A stretch of 64,000 nucleotides of DNA from Candidatus Gottesmanbacteria bacterium. GTDB taxonomy: Bacteria > Patescibacteriota > Microgenomatia > UBA10105 > UBA927. Positions 48,996-58,292 of this stretch are shown here, piece after piece. Within the stretch, counting starts at the first letter, position 1. Each line of letters starts with the position of its first letter. Location of the stretch: positions 1,020,860-1,084,859 of the forward strand of contig CAWBPL010000002.1 of NCBI GenBank assembly GCA_963790805.1, in the 5' to 3' direction. The notes beneath the pieces were generated by a model that was given only the letters and a program-made list of their open reading frames with translations, did not search any database and was not told the origin of the DNA. Made by a program: the position numbers and the translations under genes.

Positions 48996-51286
48996 TTAAA
49001 CACCTCCGAACTTCCGTTATTGTAAATTAAATTTTTATTCTCATTTAGGAATTCCAACGGAAATGTATATACTAAACTCATATTTCTATACTCAACGTCT
49101 GTCCTTCCGCGCACTATATTTGCGTAGCTTGAATAAACATATGAGTTTTTCGTAATAACCGATGGTACTATATTATAGTTAATTGAATTTATTTGACCGA
49201 AAGAATAGAGCCGTAAAGCAGCGAATTCGTCAGCAAATATAGGACTTTTTATATCTCTATGCTTACTTAACCAGACAGCCGAATTCACTTCTGATTGATG
49301 CGAGTAAAATTTATCGTAATCATATCCAAAATTATTTAAATGCATGTAAGCGTAACCGCCAAAGAGCTGAAAAAAATATCCTGAGACACACAAAAAATAT
49401 AAAATAAATATTACCCCAATTAAATATAGTCTTAATTTTTCGTTTATAAACCTAAGTAATAGAAAACAGCCATAAATAGTTGGTAATGAAAGCAAAATGA
49501 GTATTTGGAGATATAACCTTGTCAGGTTATAATCCTGCGATATTATAGGCAAAATGTACATCATTAGAATTACTCCGACACCTACTAAGCATAAAACGAG
49601 ATAGTCCCTATCTACTATTGTTTTATTAAGTTTGCTAAATACAAGATAGAATATTCCTATAATAACGAAGACTCTTGTCAGCAGCTTCACAATGTCCAGA
49701 AAGTTAAAGAATTGACTAGTAAAAGGAATAATTATTTTCGGTTTCACCTGTATTTCATTTACTGGTAACAATTGAACATTTAAGAAAGTATTGTACTTAT
49801 AACTTGAATTTATCGTTCTGTCTGAAATCATAGTCATTTCATTTATATATTTATGTATATTTACGAGAGTATTATCGTTTGGTACTGAAAATATAGACAG
49901 CGACGCTTGTATTTCTTCGCTCCTCATATCAGCAGAAAACATTTGTTTCATATTCAGCGTAGTTTTATTAATTACTTGGAATAAATCATTGGCTGATTTT
50001 GTCAATTGCGTCCCCCAAAGAAACGTAAAAAGAATAATTAATATGATAGGAATAAATCTTAAATTGTAAGTAATTGGTATATCTTTTTGATTACGAAGCC
50101 TAAAAAATGTATATATATTTTTTGTGAATTTAAGATTAACAGTTTTTTTATAAACTAAAAGGATAATATATGAAAGAAGATAAATACCTATAGCCACATA
50201 AGTCGTTGAATAATGGGCAACTATCATAGAAAACCCAAAAAGCACAAACATAAAATCTTTTGTTTTTTGAGTAATATTTTTAGTAAATATAACGAGCAAT
50301 GTTAGGGTAAAAAACAAGAAGGCAATTTCTTGTCGAGCTAAAGCTGGCATCGGTTGAATAAATAAGGGTTGAGCAATAAAGAAGAATACGGCTAAGAAAC
50401 TAACAATCGCCGAGGTATATTTTTTATAAATACAGTACATTGTTACTGGAACAATACTAAAGATCAATTGATAAATAACTTTATATATATATTCATCATT
50501 AACATTCGTGATCCTAGAGATGATAGTTGGCAAAATCGTAAGACTTAAGCACGAGTTATATGTATGTTTAATTAAGTCTGGACTCCAATATCCTGCGGAT
50601 TTAGTAATTTGGAATATACGGTATTCTTCATTAATGTCCCAGCCTGATATATGCCAGCTCCTCAAGGAATACATTAACAACAATGAAATACTCATCAAAA
50701 CAATTGCTAACGGATAAATATTGCTATCTAGTTTTTTTTGAAATATCGCTACAAGAAAGACATATCCTGCGATTCCTCCCAGCAAGATCATGGTAAAAAT
50801 ATTTGATCCTCCATTGTTCAGGCTGACTGCCCCGAATATGCTCAGAGGCACGAACAATACCGGAATACATGAAAAAATCCAATTAAGTGCTGACATTCCG
50901 GCCAATTTTATTTCATACGATATGTCTTTACTTTGAAAATATGCAAGGATCCCAATAACGGACATTACATAAGATAAGGTTATGGAAATCGGCCGAAGAG
51001 AAAGCGGATTGCTGATGCTTATGAGCGGGAGAACCCAGTTAACCAAAAGTCCTCCAAACATCAAAAATGTAAGACTCAATCCGATTGTATAAACTAAATA
51101 TTCCCAGAACTCTAACTTTCTGATTTTGAGCGCTAGCATTATTAATAATCCCGGGATTATAGTGAGAAAAAGAAAGGAAAAAATTTGCCTCAAATAGAAA
51201 AATTGGACGTTAAAATAGACTAATAAATTAGTCATGAGTCCAAATACAACAATTGCGGCAAAAATTCTATTTCTGGTATTTTTCAT
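48992..51286 (-). CDS. 764-aa polytopic membrane protein (DUF2206-like / candidate glycan polymerase or GT-C transferase)
   Basis: More than 15 predicted TM helices plus a C-terminal soluble domain, embedded between glycosyltransferase genes with overlapping start and stop codons. Confidence 0.5.
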   Translation of the reverse strand: MKNTRNRIFAAIVVFGLMTNLLVYFNVQFFYLRQIFSFLFLTIIPGLLIMLALKIRKLEFWEYLVYTIGLSLTFLMFGGLLVNWVLPLISISNPLSLRPISITLSYVMSVIGILAYFQSKDISYEIKLAGMSALNWIFSCIPVLFVPLSIFGAVSLNNGGSNIFTMILLGGIAGYVFLVAIFQKKLDSNIYPLAIVLMSISLLLMYSLRSWHISGWDINEEYRIFQITKSAGYWSPDLIKHTYNSCLSLTILPTIISRITNVNDEYIYKVIYQLIFSIVPVTMYCIYKKYTSAIVSFLAVFFFIAQPLFIQPMPALARQEIAFLFFTLTLLVIFTKNITQKTKDFMFVLFGFSMIVAHYSTTYVAIGIYLLSYIILLVYKKTVNLKFTKNIYTFFRLRNQKDIPITYNLRFIPIILIILFTFLWGTQLTKSANDLFQVINKTTLNMKQMFSADMRSEEIQASLSIFSVPNDNTLVNIHKYINEMTMISDRTINSSYKYNTFLNVQLLPVNEIQVKPKIIIPFTSQFFNFLDIVKLLTRVFVIIGIFYLVFSKLNKTIVDRDYLVLCLVGVGVILMMYILPIISQDYNLTRLYLQILILLSLPTIYGCFLLLRFINEKLRLYLIGVIFILYFLCVSGYFFQLFGGYAYMHLNNFGYDYDKFYSHQSEVNSAVWLSKHRDIKSPIFADEFAALRLYSFGQINSINYNIVPSVITKNSYVYSSYANIVRGRTDVEYRNMSLVYTFPLEFLNENKNLIYNNGSSEVFK

Positions 51287-52448
51287 TTTTTGTATTTTTA
51301 TAAATATCCTCTATTATTTTCACCATTCTATTTGTAATATTTTCCCATGTAGATTGTCTTACTCTCAATTTAATATCGCCCTCACTTATATTCTTATGAA
51401 ACGCATATTTGATTGTTTTGATGAGGTTATTATTATTAATATCTTCGTTGTAGATGAATATATTGGGGTAACCCAAGCTTTGGACTTCGGCTAAATTGGA
51501 GGAAACTATTTTTTTCCCAAGAGCAGAATATTCAAAAATTTTTATAGGGCTCGCGGCATCTTTAAATATGTTCTTTTTAGAAATATTAAGGCAAACCTCA
51601 CAAGAATTTACTATTTCAAATAATCTATCCCTATCCCAAACATTACCTAACAATTTAATATTTTCCTCTAAATGTAGTTCTTTAATAAGATTTTTAGCTT
51701 TTGATATCAAAGGACCGTCTCCGATTACGATCAGTTGAACATCTTCATAGACCTTCTTTAATACGAAGATTACCCTTAACAAATTAAGTAAACCTGACCA
51801 TTTTCCAAAATAACTTACATAAACCAGTGAATGACTCCCAAAATTATATTTCTTCGTGCCGTATTTTTTCGATAAGACCCAAGATTCAACGCCATTTGGT
51901 ATTTTATGAACATTGCTATTTAACTTTTGAGCTTGATCAACGAGAATATCGGATACAGCGAATACGGCTTTAGCTCTTATAATCTGATTACTAACTGTAT
52001 TTTTAACATCCAAAAATTTGTAAGCTAACTTATAAAATATCGAGCCATAAAGTTGTGCATATGCTTCGTAGTAATCGTTCAGGTCCCTAATTATTGGTAA
52101 ATCAAGCGGTGGATCTGTTTCGTTAGTAAAACTTTGAGATATTATTATATCTATATTAAAATCGTTAAATATTTTTCTCACTTGTTTTTGAAAAAGCCAC
52201 TTATTAACGATCGGAAAAAAAAATGGTAATCTTCTAATTTTATGAATTGTTATATTTTCATTTTTAAATTTTTTACAATTCCAAGAATTCCTTAAATTAA
52301 ATAACACGTTTTTAAGCGTTATCGGGTAAGGCATATCCCATAAAATCAGATGCACTTCATTTTTTAATGCCAAATATTTTGATATTTGATACCTTCGACC
52401 ATATAAGGTCGGAAGCATGGGAATAATAAGTATTCTTAGATGTTTCAT
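51267..52448 (-). CDS. Glycosyltransferase, GT4-like
   Basis: GT-B architecture with LIVIGDGPL.., ASPIKIFEYSALGKKIV. Confidence 0.65.
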   Translation of the reverse strand: MKHLRILIIPMLPTLYGRRYQISKYLALKNEVHLILWDMPYPITLKNVLFNLRNSWNCKKFKNENITIHKIRRLPFFFPIVNKWLFQKQVRKIFNDFNIDIIISQSFTNETDPPLDLPIIRDLNDYYEAYAQLYGSIFYKLAYKFLDVKNTVSNQIIRAKAVFAVSDILVDQAQKLNSNVHKIPNGVESWVLSKKYGTKKYNFGSHSLVYVSYFGKWSGLLNLLRVIFVLKKVYEDVQLIVIGDGPLISKAKNLIKELHLEENIKLLGNVWDRDRLFEIVNSCEVCLNISKKNIFKDAASPIKIFEYSALGKKIVSSNLAEVQSLGYPNIFIYNEDINNNNLIKTIKYAFHKNISEGDIKLRVRQSTWENITNRMVKIIEDIYKNTKNEKYQK

Positions 52449-53575
52449 ATGAAATATATCCTCTCTAGGTGATTTACAATTTTATTCCAGTCATATGTAT
52501 TCACGAGATCCAAACAAGCCGTATTCATTTTTTTGCCCATCTTTATTGCCCTTATTATTTTCACTTGCAAGTATTTTTCATTAAGATTTGTAACATGACC
52601 ATTCTTGTTTTCCTTAATTAATTCTGTTGCCGCATTATTTTTATTCTTTACCGTAATTACGGGTATTCCGCATGCATTTGCTTCCAAAATTACTATTCCA
52701 AAACCTTCACGAATTGAAGGCAGGACAAATACTTTGGAAGACTTCATTAATGAATAAATATCGTCCTGTTTTGACAGAAAACCAGTAAATTTTATATTTC
52801 TATCAACTTTTAACTTGTGAGAAAGTGCAAGTAGTTTAGCCTTTTCTGGGCCATCTCCGACTATCAAGCACTTAATGAGTGGGTTTTCATTTCTAAGAAG
52901 ATTCACTGACTTAATTAATACATCCACATTTTTGAAATTCATTAATCTTCCCGCATAAATAACGTCAGATTGTATTTTAGAGGGCGATATATTGTTAATT
53001 GCCTTCAGGTCAATGCCATTTGGTACAACCTCTATGTTTTTCTTATAATGTAGCTCGTTTCTTATTCGTCGAGCTGTAGTTTTTGATACAGCTATAATTT
53101 TATCTGGCAATTGAGCAGATATTATTTCTACCAAATATCCAAAAATCCACAACGCACCCAAATATTTTTGCCAGTAATCTCTTCCCCAAACTTCATGCCA
53201 AGTAGAATCTAGTTTTTTACCCTTCAGGAGACAAACGATTTTAACAGTGAAAAGAGAAAAATATGGAAATCCGCAACAATCTATTATGTCAAAATCTCCT
53301 TTTATGAGCTTTAAACAGTTAATTCCGAAGTATAAAGCCTGCCATATTGAACGCCTACCATCTTTTGTGTATAGGGGTTTGGATGGACAAATTCCATGGA
53401 GATACAATCCTTCTTTTTGAATTACATCAGGACCATCCCAAGATTTCATCCCATACAAATGAACTTCATAGCCTTTTATAGCTAAACGTTTCGCTATTTC
53501 ATAGTATCTTTTTTCCCCTCCGCCCTTTGTATACGGATAAATAGCGTCATAAACTAAAGCAATTTTCTTAGCCAT
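52445..53575 (-). CDS. Glycosyltransferase, GT4 family
   Basis: KIALVYDAIYPYTKGGGEKR, LIVGDGPEK and PSIREGFGIVILEANACGIPVI (EX7E). Confidence 0.8.
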   Translation of the reverse strand: MAKKIALVYDAIYPYTKGGGEKRYYEIAKRLAIKGYEVHLYGMKSWDGPDVIQKEGLYLHGICPSKPLYTKDGRRSIWQALYFGINCLKLIKGDFDIIDCCGFPYFSLFTVKIVCLLKGKKLDSTWHEVWGRDYWQKYLGALWIFGYLVEIISAQLPDKIIAVSKTTARRIRNELHYKKNIEVVPNGIDLKAINNISPSKIQSDVIYAGRLMNFKNVDVLIKSVNLLRNENPLIKCLIVGDGPEKAKLLALSHKLKVDRNIKFTGFLSKQDDIYSLMKSSKVFVLPSIREGFGIVILEANACGIPVITVKNKNNAATELIKENKNGHVTNLNEKYLQVKIIRAIKMGKKMNTACLDLVNTYDWNKIVNHLERIYFI

Positions 53576-53584
53576 ATTTTACCC

Positions 53585-54331
53585 TTATAATTCACCGATT
53601 ATTAACATTGCACTATTAACAAATTGTCCCGTCGTTAGTGACAATTTTTTATTAATCAGATGACTAACATTTCCAAAACCATCTTTCAGTGTGTTTAATT
53701 TTTCTTTCCCCGCTCTCATACGGTACTCAATAGGAATTTCCGCGCATTTAAAACCTTTGATATGTGCTTCAATTTTTAATTCCTGCGAAAAAGGCATTCC
53801 GGAAGATGTTACGTTGAGTTGCTTCCAGATTGACCGCTTAAATATCCACATTCCGGACTGCGAGTCTTTATAAGGCCATTTGAAGAGCAGTTTTGTTAAC
53901 AGCGTTAGGACTCGGTTTCCGAATCGATGGGAAGCGCTCATTGTCTCTGTATTTAAATTCGTCAGACGGTCTGTATTTATAAAATCCAAGTCTTCCCGTT
54001 CCATCCGAAGTAATATTTCCGGCAACATATCTAAAGGATAGGTTTGGTCAGCATCGCCGGTAGCAATTACATCACCGCTTGCATTTGCAAAGCCCGCTTT
54101 ATATGCATTTCCGTACCCGCGGATAGGCATAACAAATACGGTTGCTCCGTGATCCTTCGCAATCTTGCCTGTATCATCTGTGGAATAGTTATCAATTACC
54201 AATATTTCCGTTTTGTAACCAATCTGTTCAAGCTTTTCGAGCGGAATCTCACGAATAACAGGACCTATGCCCTTTTCTTCGTTTAAGGCTGGTATGACAA
54301 TTGTTAATGTTTTTAATTGAGTATTTTCCAT
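53585..54331 (-). CDS. GT2 glycosyltransferase (polyprenol-phosphate sugar synthase-like)
   Basis: LTIVIPALNEEKGIG, VIDNYSTDDT and GDADQTYP (DxD). Confidence 0.85.
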   Translation of the reverse strand: MENTQLKTLTIVIPALNEEKGIGPVIREIPLEKLEQIGYKTEILVIDNYSTDDTGKIAKDHGATVFVMPIRGYGNAYKAGFANASGDVIATGDADQTYPLDMLPEILLRMEREDLDFINTDRLTNLNTETMSASHRFGNRVLTLLTKLLFKWPYKDSQSGMWIFKRSIWKQLNVTSSGMPFSQELKIEAHIKGFKCAEIPIEYRMRAGKEKLNTLKDGFGNVSHLINKKLSLTTGQFVNSAMLIIGEL

Positions 54332-54334
54332 ATT

Positions 54335-54799
54335 TTATGGCTCAATCCAAAAATCTATCGTCTGGTTTCGGCCGAGTAATGACACCTGAATTTTCATTCT
54401 TCCGCTCGCGGAAGATAATACGTAACTCTCAGAAACCGTTTTGAATTGGTTTTGGAAAAGCGTGGCAGATCCTGTTGCTAACGTTTTACTTGCTTTGTCA
54501 TCAGTTGCCGTAATTTCGTAATCATAGGTCATGGTTCGATATTCCAGGTTGTGGATGGTGAATTTGAATGACTGTGTTTTTTTAAGTTCAATCGTTTTAG
54601 GCAGACTGTTGTGATCATCAAAATAGAGTTCTGTAAACGTTTCCGGTTTGACGGTCGTAGCCATCGCGATCGCCCCCTTTACCGAAGGACTTGAAACGGC
54701 AAAAAGAATCCCGCGTATGATGATACATACGGCAATCGTGGCTAGAGCGCTTGTTATGATGAGCCGATAGTTTAACGTGATATTTTTTAGATTATTCAT
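54335..54799 (-). CDS. Hypothetical N-terminally anchored extracytoplasmic protein
   Basis: A single TM segment (LIITSALATIAVCIIIRGILFAV) followed by a beta-rich domain. It is the second gene of the glycan operon. Confidence 0.5.
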   Translation of the reverse strand: MNNLKNITLNYRLIITSALATIAVCIIIRGILFAVSSPSVKGAIAMATTVKPETFTELYFDDHNSLPKTIELKKTQSFKFTIHNLEYRTMTYDYEITATDDKASKTLATGSATLFQNQFKTVSESYVLSSASGRMKIQVSLLGRNQTIDFWIEP

Positions 54800-54809
54800 A
54801 CGAAATGAT

Positions 54810-54989
54810 TTAAAAAGTTTTATTCGATTCTATAAATTTATCGAGATCTTTTTTATCAACGCGATAAGATCGGCCAAATCGGATAGCGAGGATTTTTTTG
54901 CTTTTAATATACCGGTAGATTGTCAGCAAATTCAGCTGCAGTTCGTCTGCAACCTCACGAGGAGTTAAGAGTTGATTGTTAGAACTCAT
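54810..54989 (-). CDS. 59-aa excisionase/MerR-type helix-turn-helix DNA-binding protein (not in the ORF track)
   Basis: My translation is MSSNNQLLTPREVADELQLNLLTIYRYIKSKKILAIRFGRSYRVDKKDLDKFIESNKTF. It matches the HTH_17 pattern (LT..E.A..L......Y.......P..R.G...R....D...). Confidence 0.6.
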   Translation of the reverse strand: MSSNNQLLTPREVADELQLNLLTIYRYIKSKKILAIRFGRSYRVDKKDLDKFIESNKTF

Positions 54990-55161
54990 AGTATATTATT
55001 AGAGGATTGATAATAGTATATTTATCGATATTTTGCAATGCCTGAATATACTTACGTTCGCTGGACATTGTCGTAGGATACAATAATGTGAGATAGATTA
55101 CAATTAGGAAAATTGGCGCGGAAGATCCGGCTAAGCACAATTGTTGTATAATTACGGGTAT

Positions 55162-55235
55162 GGATCTGTAGCTCAGCTGGTTAGAGCGTTGCATTCACAT
55201 TGCAAAGGTCAGAGGTTCGAATCCTCTCAGATCCA
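55162..55235 (+). tRNA. tRNA-Val (anticodon CAC)
   Basis: Hand-folded cloverleaf: acceptor GGATCTG/CAGATCC, D arm GCTC-AGCTGGTTA-GAGC, anticodon stem TTGCA/TGCAA with loop TTCACAT, T arm AGAGG-TTCGAAT-CCTCT. CCA is not encoded. Confidence 0.9.
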
Positions 55236-55239
55236 CCCT

Positions 55240-55848
55240 TCAACCGGCTTGGGTGGCAAGAGTTCGCTCATTGGAAAGGCCAAACGTGGTACCGTGTTTC
55301 TTATACATTCCCCAGTAGCCGCGTTTTTGTTTTCTATTTGAATACAGTGCCAGCCACGTTCTGCTGTCATCCACCTGTTCGCGAAGGGCTCTCAAAACTG
55401 AGCGGATGCGCTCGAAGAAATTTTTGTGATAAATCCCCGGATCAACGGGTACTTCGCTGACGGTTTTTTGTATATCCGAATTGAGGTTTTTGACTGAAGC
55501 GGCTAATGCCTTTAGTTCCATCCGGACAGCGTCGATTTGTTCTTTAAGCTGCGGTTCGGTAGGAGTAACCCACGGCTCGCGGGCTCTCATTTCAGGGCGC
55601 CGGAAGCCCGGCCATGGCGTTCGTTCTTTGCTAAAATCAATCGGTTTGTTGGGTCGCAATTCGCCCTGCGGTTTTATCGGTGCGCCGAAAAGCGACGTGA
55701 GCGCGTCCGAGGCGATTTTGCCTGTGACGTCTTTACTCACCGTTTTCCCAACACCGCTACCCAGCGTCCGAAGAGATTCCAGAATGCTGTCGTTATGCGA
55801 TGTCGACGGTTTTTTTGGCTGATTATTTTGAAATGCCGTGTCGTCCAT
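55240..55848 (-). CDS. Hypothetical protein (202 aa)
   Basis: Long ORF with normal composition, a coiled-coil middle and a basic C-terminus (KQKRGYWGMYKKHGTTFGLSNER). I cannot name a domain with confidence. Confidence 0.55.
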   Translation of the reverse strand: MDDTAFQNNQPKKPSTSHNDSILESLRTLGSGVGKTVSKDVTGKIASDALTSLFGAPIKPQGELRPNKPIDFSKERTPWPGFRRPEMRAREPWVTPTEPQLKEQIDAVRMELKALAASVKNLNSDIQKTVSEVPVDPGIYHKNFFERIRSVLRALREQVDDSRTWLALYSNRKQKRGYWGMYKKHGTTFGLSNERTLATQAG

Positions 55849-55889
55849 AGGCGTATTTTACTACAGGCTGGACTTGCAAGCAAATATTA

Positions 55890-56747
55890 TTATACAGAGG
55901 CTAAAAAGTCAATTGTTTTCTGGCGCCGGAGCACTGAGGCGATGTAATAGCGCTGGGATTGAAGCGATTGCTTCTCGGCGTCTGTTTTTGCGGTTTTAAT
56001 AACGGTATCAATGTCATCGTCCGATACCAGTATACCCTCTTTGTCCGCTACTTCTTCCAAAGCAAACTCCAGTGCCAGTGTCCGCTGGGATTGCGCTTCA
56101 TATTCCTTGCGGACGCTCTCTGAGGTTCGTCCGGTTGAAGAAAGATACTGCTCGACAGACATGCCGAGCTTCCGCGTCTGATCGATAAGATCGGATAGCA
56201 GGCGGTTTACCTCGTGTTCAAGAAGCAGTGCCGGTACATCAATGGTTACGTTGTCATACAAAGCCTTAAGGATTTCATCGAGCGTTGGTTTTTGCGGTTT
56301 GTCCTTTTCTTCGTCTTTGGGGGCTTGTCCGGGAACCCAGATTTTTTTCGCTTTTGTTGCTTTCAGGTCCGCGATCGCTTTTTTATATTCCCCCAGTTTC
56401 ACTGACGGTTTTTCACACGTAAGCGCCCGAATAATCCAGTCTTTCTTTTCGGTTGCTTCCTTCAGCTCAATTTTAGGCGTTACAATCGGTTTCAGTTTGA
56501 GTTCTTCTACCGCTTTTCCATACACATCGGGGATTAACCGTTGGAGAACTTCTTCATATACTTTTGTTTTATCCAGTTTTTCCTCAACGACCGCACGCGG
56601 CGCTTTGCCTTTTCTGAATCCCGCGACTTCGGCTTCTTTCACCATGTCGGACACAACGACGTCGTACGATTTGGCAACGTCAAGCCACGGGACGGTAATG
56701 AGAATTTCTATTGTGCCGTCGGTAAGGCGTTGGAGAGTGGTTTTCAT
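55890..56747 (-). CDS. tig: Trigger factor lacking the central FKBP/PPIase domain
   Basis: The N-terminal ribosome-binding domain carries the GFRKGKAP signature. It joins directly through a Lys/Pro-rich linker to the C-terminal helical arm domain. Length is 285 aa against about 430 aa for canonical trigger factor. Confidence 0.8.
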   Translation of the reverse strand: MKTTLQRLTDGTIEILITVPWLDVAKSYDVVVSDMVKEAEVAGFRKGKAPRAVVEEKLDKTKVYEEVLQRLIPDVYGKAVEELKLKPIVTPKIELKEATEKKDWIIRALTCEKPSVKLGEYKKAIADLKATKAKKIWVPGQAPKDEEKDKPQKPTLDEILKALYDNVTIDVPALLLEHEVNRLLSDLIDQTRKLGMSVEQYLSSTGRTSESVRKEYEAQSQRTLALEFALEEVADKEGILVSDDDIDTVIKTAKTDAEKQSLQSQRYYIASVLRRQKTIDFLASV

Positions 56748-56792
56748 GGAAGGAATTGTATCACACCGAAAGGTGGTCCGCCAGCCGGCGGA

Positions 56793-57191
56793 TTAAAATC
56801 CGAGCGTTAAGTCAAGGTCAGGAGGCGAAAGCCGCGGGTCCAGAAGCACTGCATTTTGTACCGTATCTGGAAGCGATGTCACGTTTTTTTCAAAATCCAT
56901 GAATGCGCTTTGCGTTGCATAGGATGTAAGAATAAGTACCGGCGTCGGTGTCGGCGTTAAGGTCGGTGTCGGCGTCGGAACGGCTGCTACTTTGGGTTGT
57001 TGGTGCGAAATATACACAAGAGATCCCACAACAAGCACAAGGATGATCACTGCAACAATGATGATTGGCCTAAACTTCGCCATGTCAAAGGCGCTCGGCT
57101 TCTGAGGCGCCGGCGGGCTTGCGACCGGTCCGTACACCGGCGGCTCCTGGGACTGCGGCATAATCGGTGGGTTTGGCGTTGATTCTTCCAT
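56793..57191 (-). CDS. Pro-rich bitopic membrane protein with a PTPTPTLTPTPTP linker
   Basis: Pro-rich cytoplasmic N-terminus, a TM segment (IIIVAVIILVLVVGSLVYI), a Thr/Pro linker, then a small extracytoplasmic domain. Confidence 0.5.
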   Translation of the reverse strand: MEESTPNPPIMPQSQEPPVYGPVASPPAPQKPSAFDMAKFRPIIIVAVIILVLVVGSLVYISHQQPKVAAVPTPTPTLTPTPTPVLILTSYATQSAFMDFEKNVTSLPDTVQNAVLLDPRLSPPDLDLTLGF

Positions 57192-57193
57192 AG

Positions 57194-58003
57194 TTAGTTT
57201 ACGTATTTCAGGGCGGTTTTCAATTCTCCAAGAAAAGAAGCCCCCTCCTTTAAATACTCCCGTGCATCCGCGACTTCCTGCGTCATAGACGTATATTTCT
57301 GATTTAAATCCTGCATGTCGACCGCATCAAGCTGCGTGTTTTCCTGAGTTAATGAATCGTATTTTTGCTGATAATACGTTTGTTTATCGACGATCTGAAG
57401 TACCCAGCGGTTAATCGTCTGTTGTTTTTGCGGGGTAAACGTTCCGCCGAAATTCGCGATTATCGACTGGGCGGCCTGCAGATCTTTGGTATAAAAGCTA
57501 TTAAGAATAGAGAGTTGTCCCAACGAAAGGCCGATTAATATCTGACGGATTGATACCTGCAATACCTGATAATGGGAAGACAGCTGGGTGGATACCTGCG
57601 TGACATCGTCGATGGATCCGGCAGCGGGAATAAGTTGCGCGTGGTTATTTAAAAATGTTATCTCGTTGGCTATAAGCTGCTGGTAGAGTTGTTTTGTCGA
57701 AGCCGTCAATCCCTGATCTTCGTTCAATTTCTCGTTGAGAAGCAGTAAATACGACCTTAAAAGCGCATCCCGTTGCGTCAGCATGACTTTCGTTTTCGCG
57801 AGAGCATCGGATTGAGCGCTTAATGATTGAAATTTCTGATATTGATTTTTTGCCACCTGAAAATCGTTATAATTCTGGCGGTAGACGTCATACTGATAGA
57901 GATAATCCTGATAGGCTTGCGTGGAAGTGGCAAAGACGGGTTTTAAAGCGACGGTAAGTGCAAGAATCTCCAAAACAATAAGGAGGGACAGGATCTTCCT
58001 CAT
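57194..58003 (-). CDS. Secreted Gln-rich coiled-coil protein
   Basis: Signal peptide MRKILSLLIVLEILALTVALKPVFA, followed by helical heptad-like, Q/L-rich sequence. Confidence 0.5.
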   Translation of the reverse strand: MRKILSLLIVLEILALTVALKPVFATSTQAYQDYLYQYDVYRQNYNDFQVAKNQYQKFQSLSAQSDALAKTKVMLTQRDALLRSYLLLLNEKLNEDQGLTASTKQLYQQLIANEITFLNNHAQLIPAAGSIDDVTQVSTQLSSHYQVLQVSIRQILIGLSLGQLSILNSFYTKDLQAAQSIIANFGGTFTPQKQQTINRWVLQIVDKQTYYQQKYDSLTQENTQLDAVDMQDLNQKYTSMTQEVADAREYLKEGASFLGELKTALKYVN

Positions 58004-58292
58004 ACGTTCTCATCGTAGCATCAAGCGTGCGCGGTGGTCAAGAGAACGTTCTTTGAAGCCGCTTTGTTAATCTGAATTATCATTGGAAACGGAGAAAATC
58101 TGTCTATTGATGAAATTATGAAGCAAATTGGAAGCTCCCCTGTGCGCTATTTGCGTATCACGTGTTTTTATAGCATTTCACCGCTGACTGCAAGTAAGTC
58201 TCAGCCATACACGGGACAACATGGTGGTTGGAGGACTAACCATTTGCACATTTAGCGCCTTTTAACAGTCGATGATATAATATAGCACTAGT

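Noticed and set aside
45600-55235. Classical tRNA-integrated genomic island at tRNA-Val
   Set aside because: The AT-rich block lies on the 5' side of the tRNA. No integrase gene is present, and I saw no repeat of the tRNA 3' end at the far border. Horizontal origin remains plausible, but this mechanism is not supported.
54979-55460. Track ORFs 54979..55194(-), 55141..55341(+) and 55200..55460(+)
   Set aside because: They overlap tRNA-Val or lie antisense to the 202-aa gene, with no supporting motifs.
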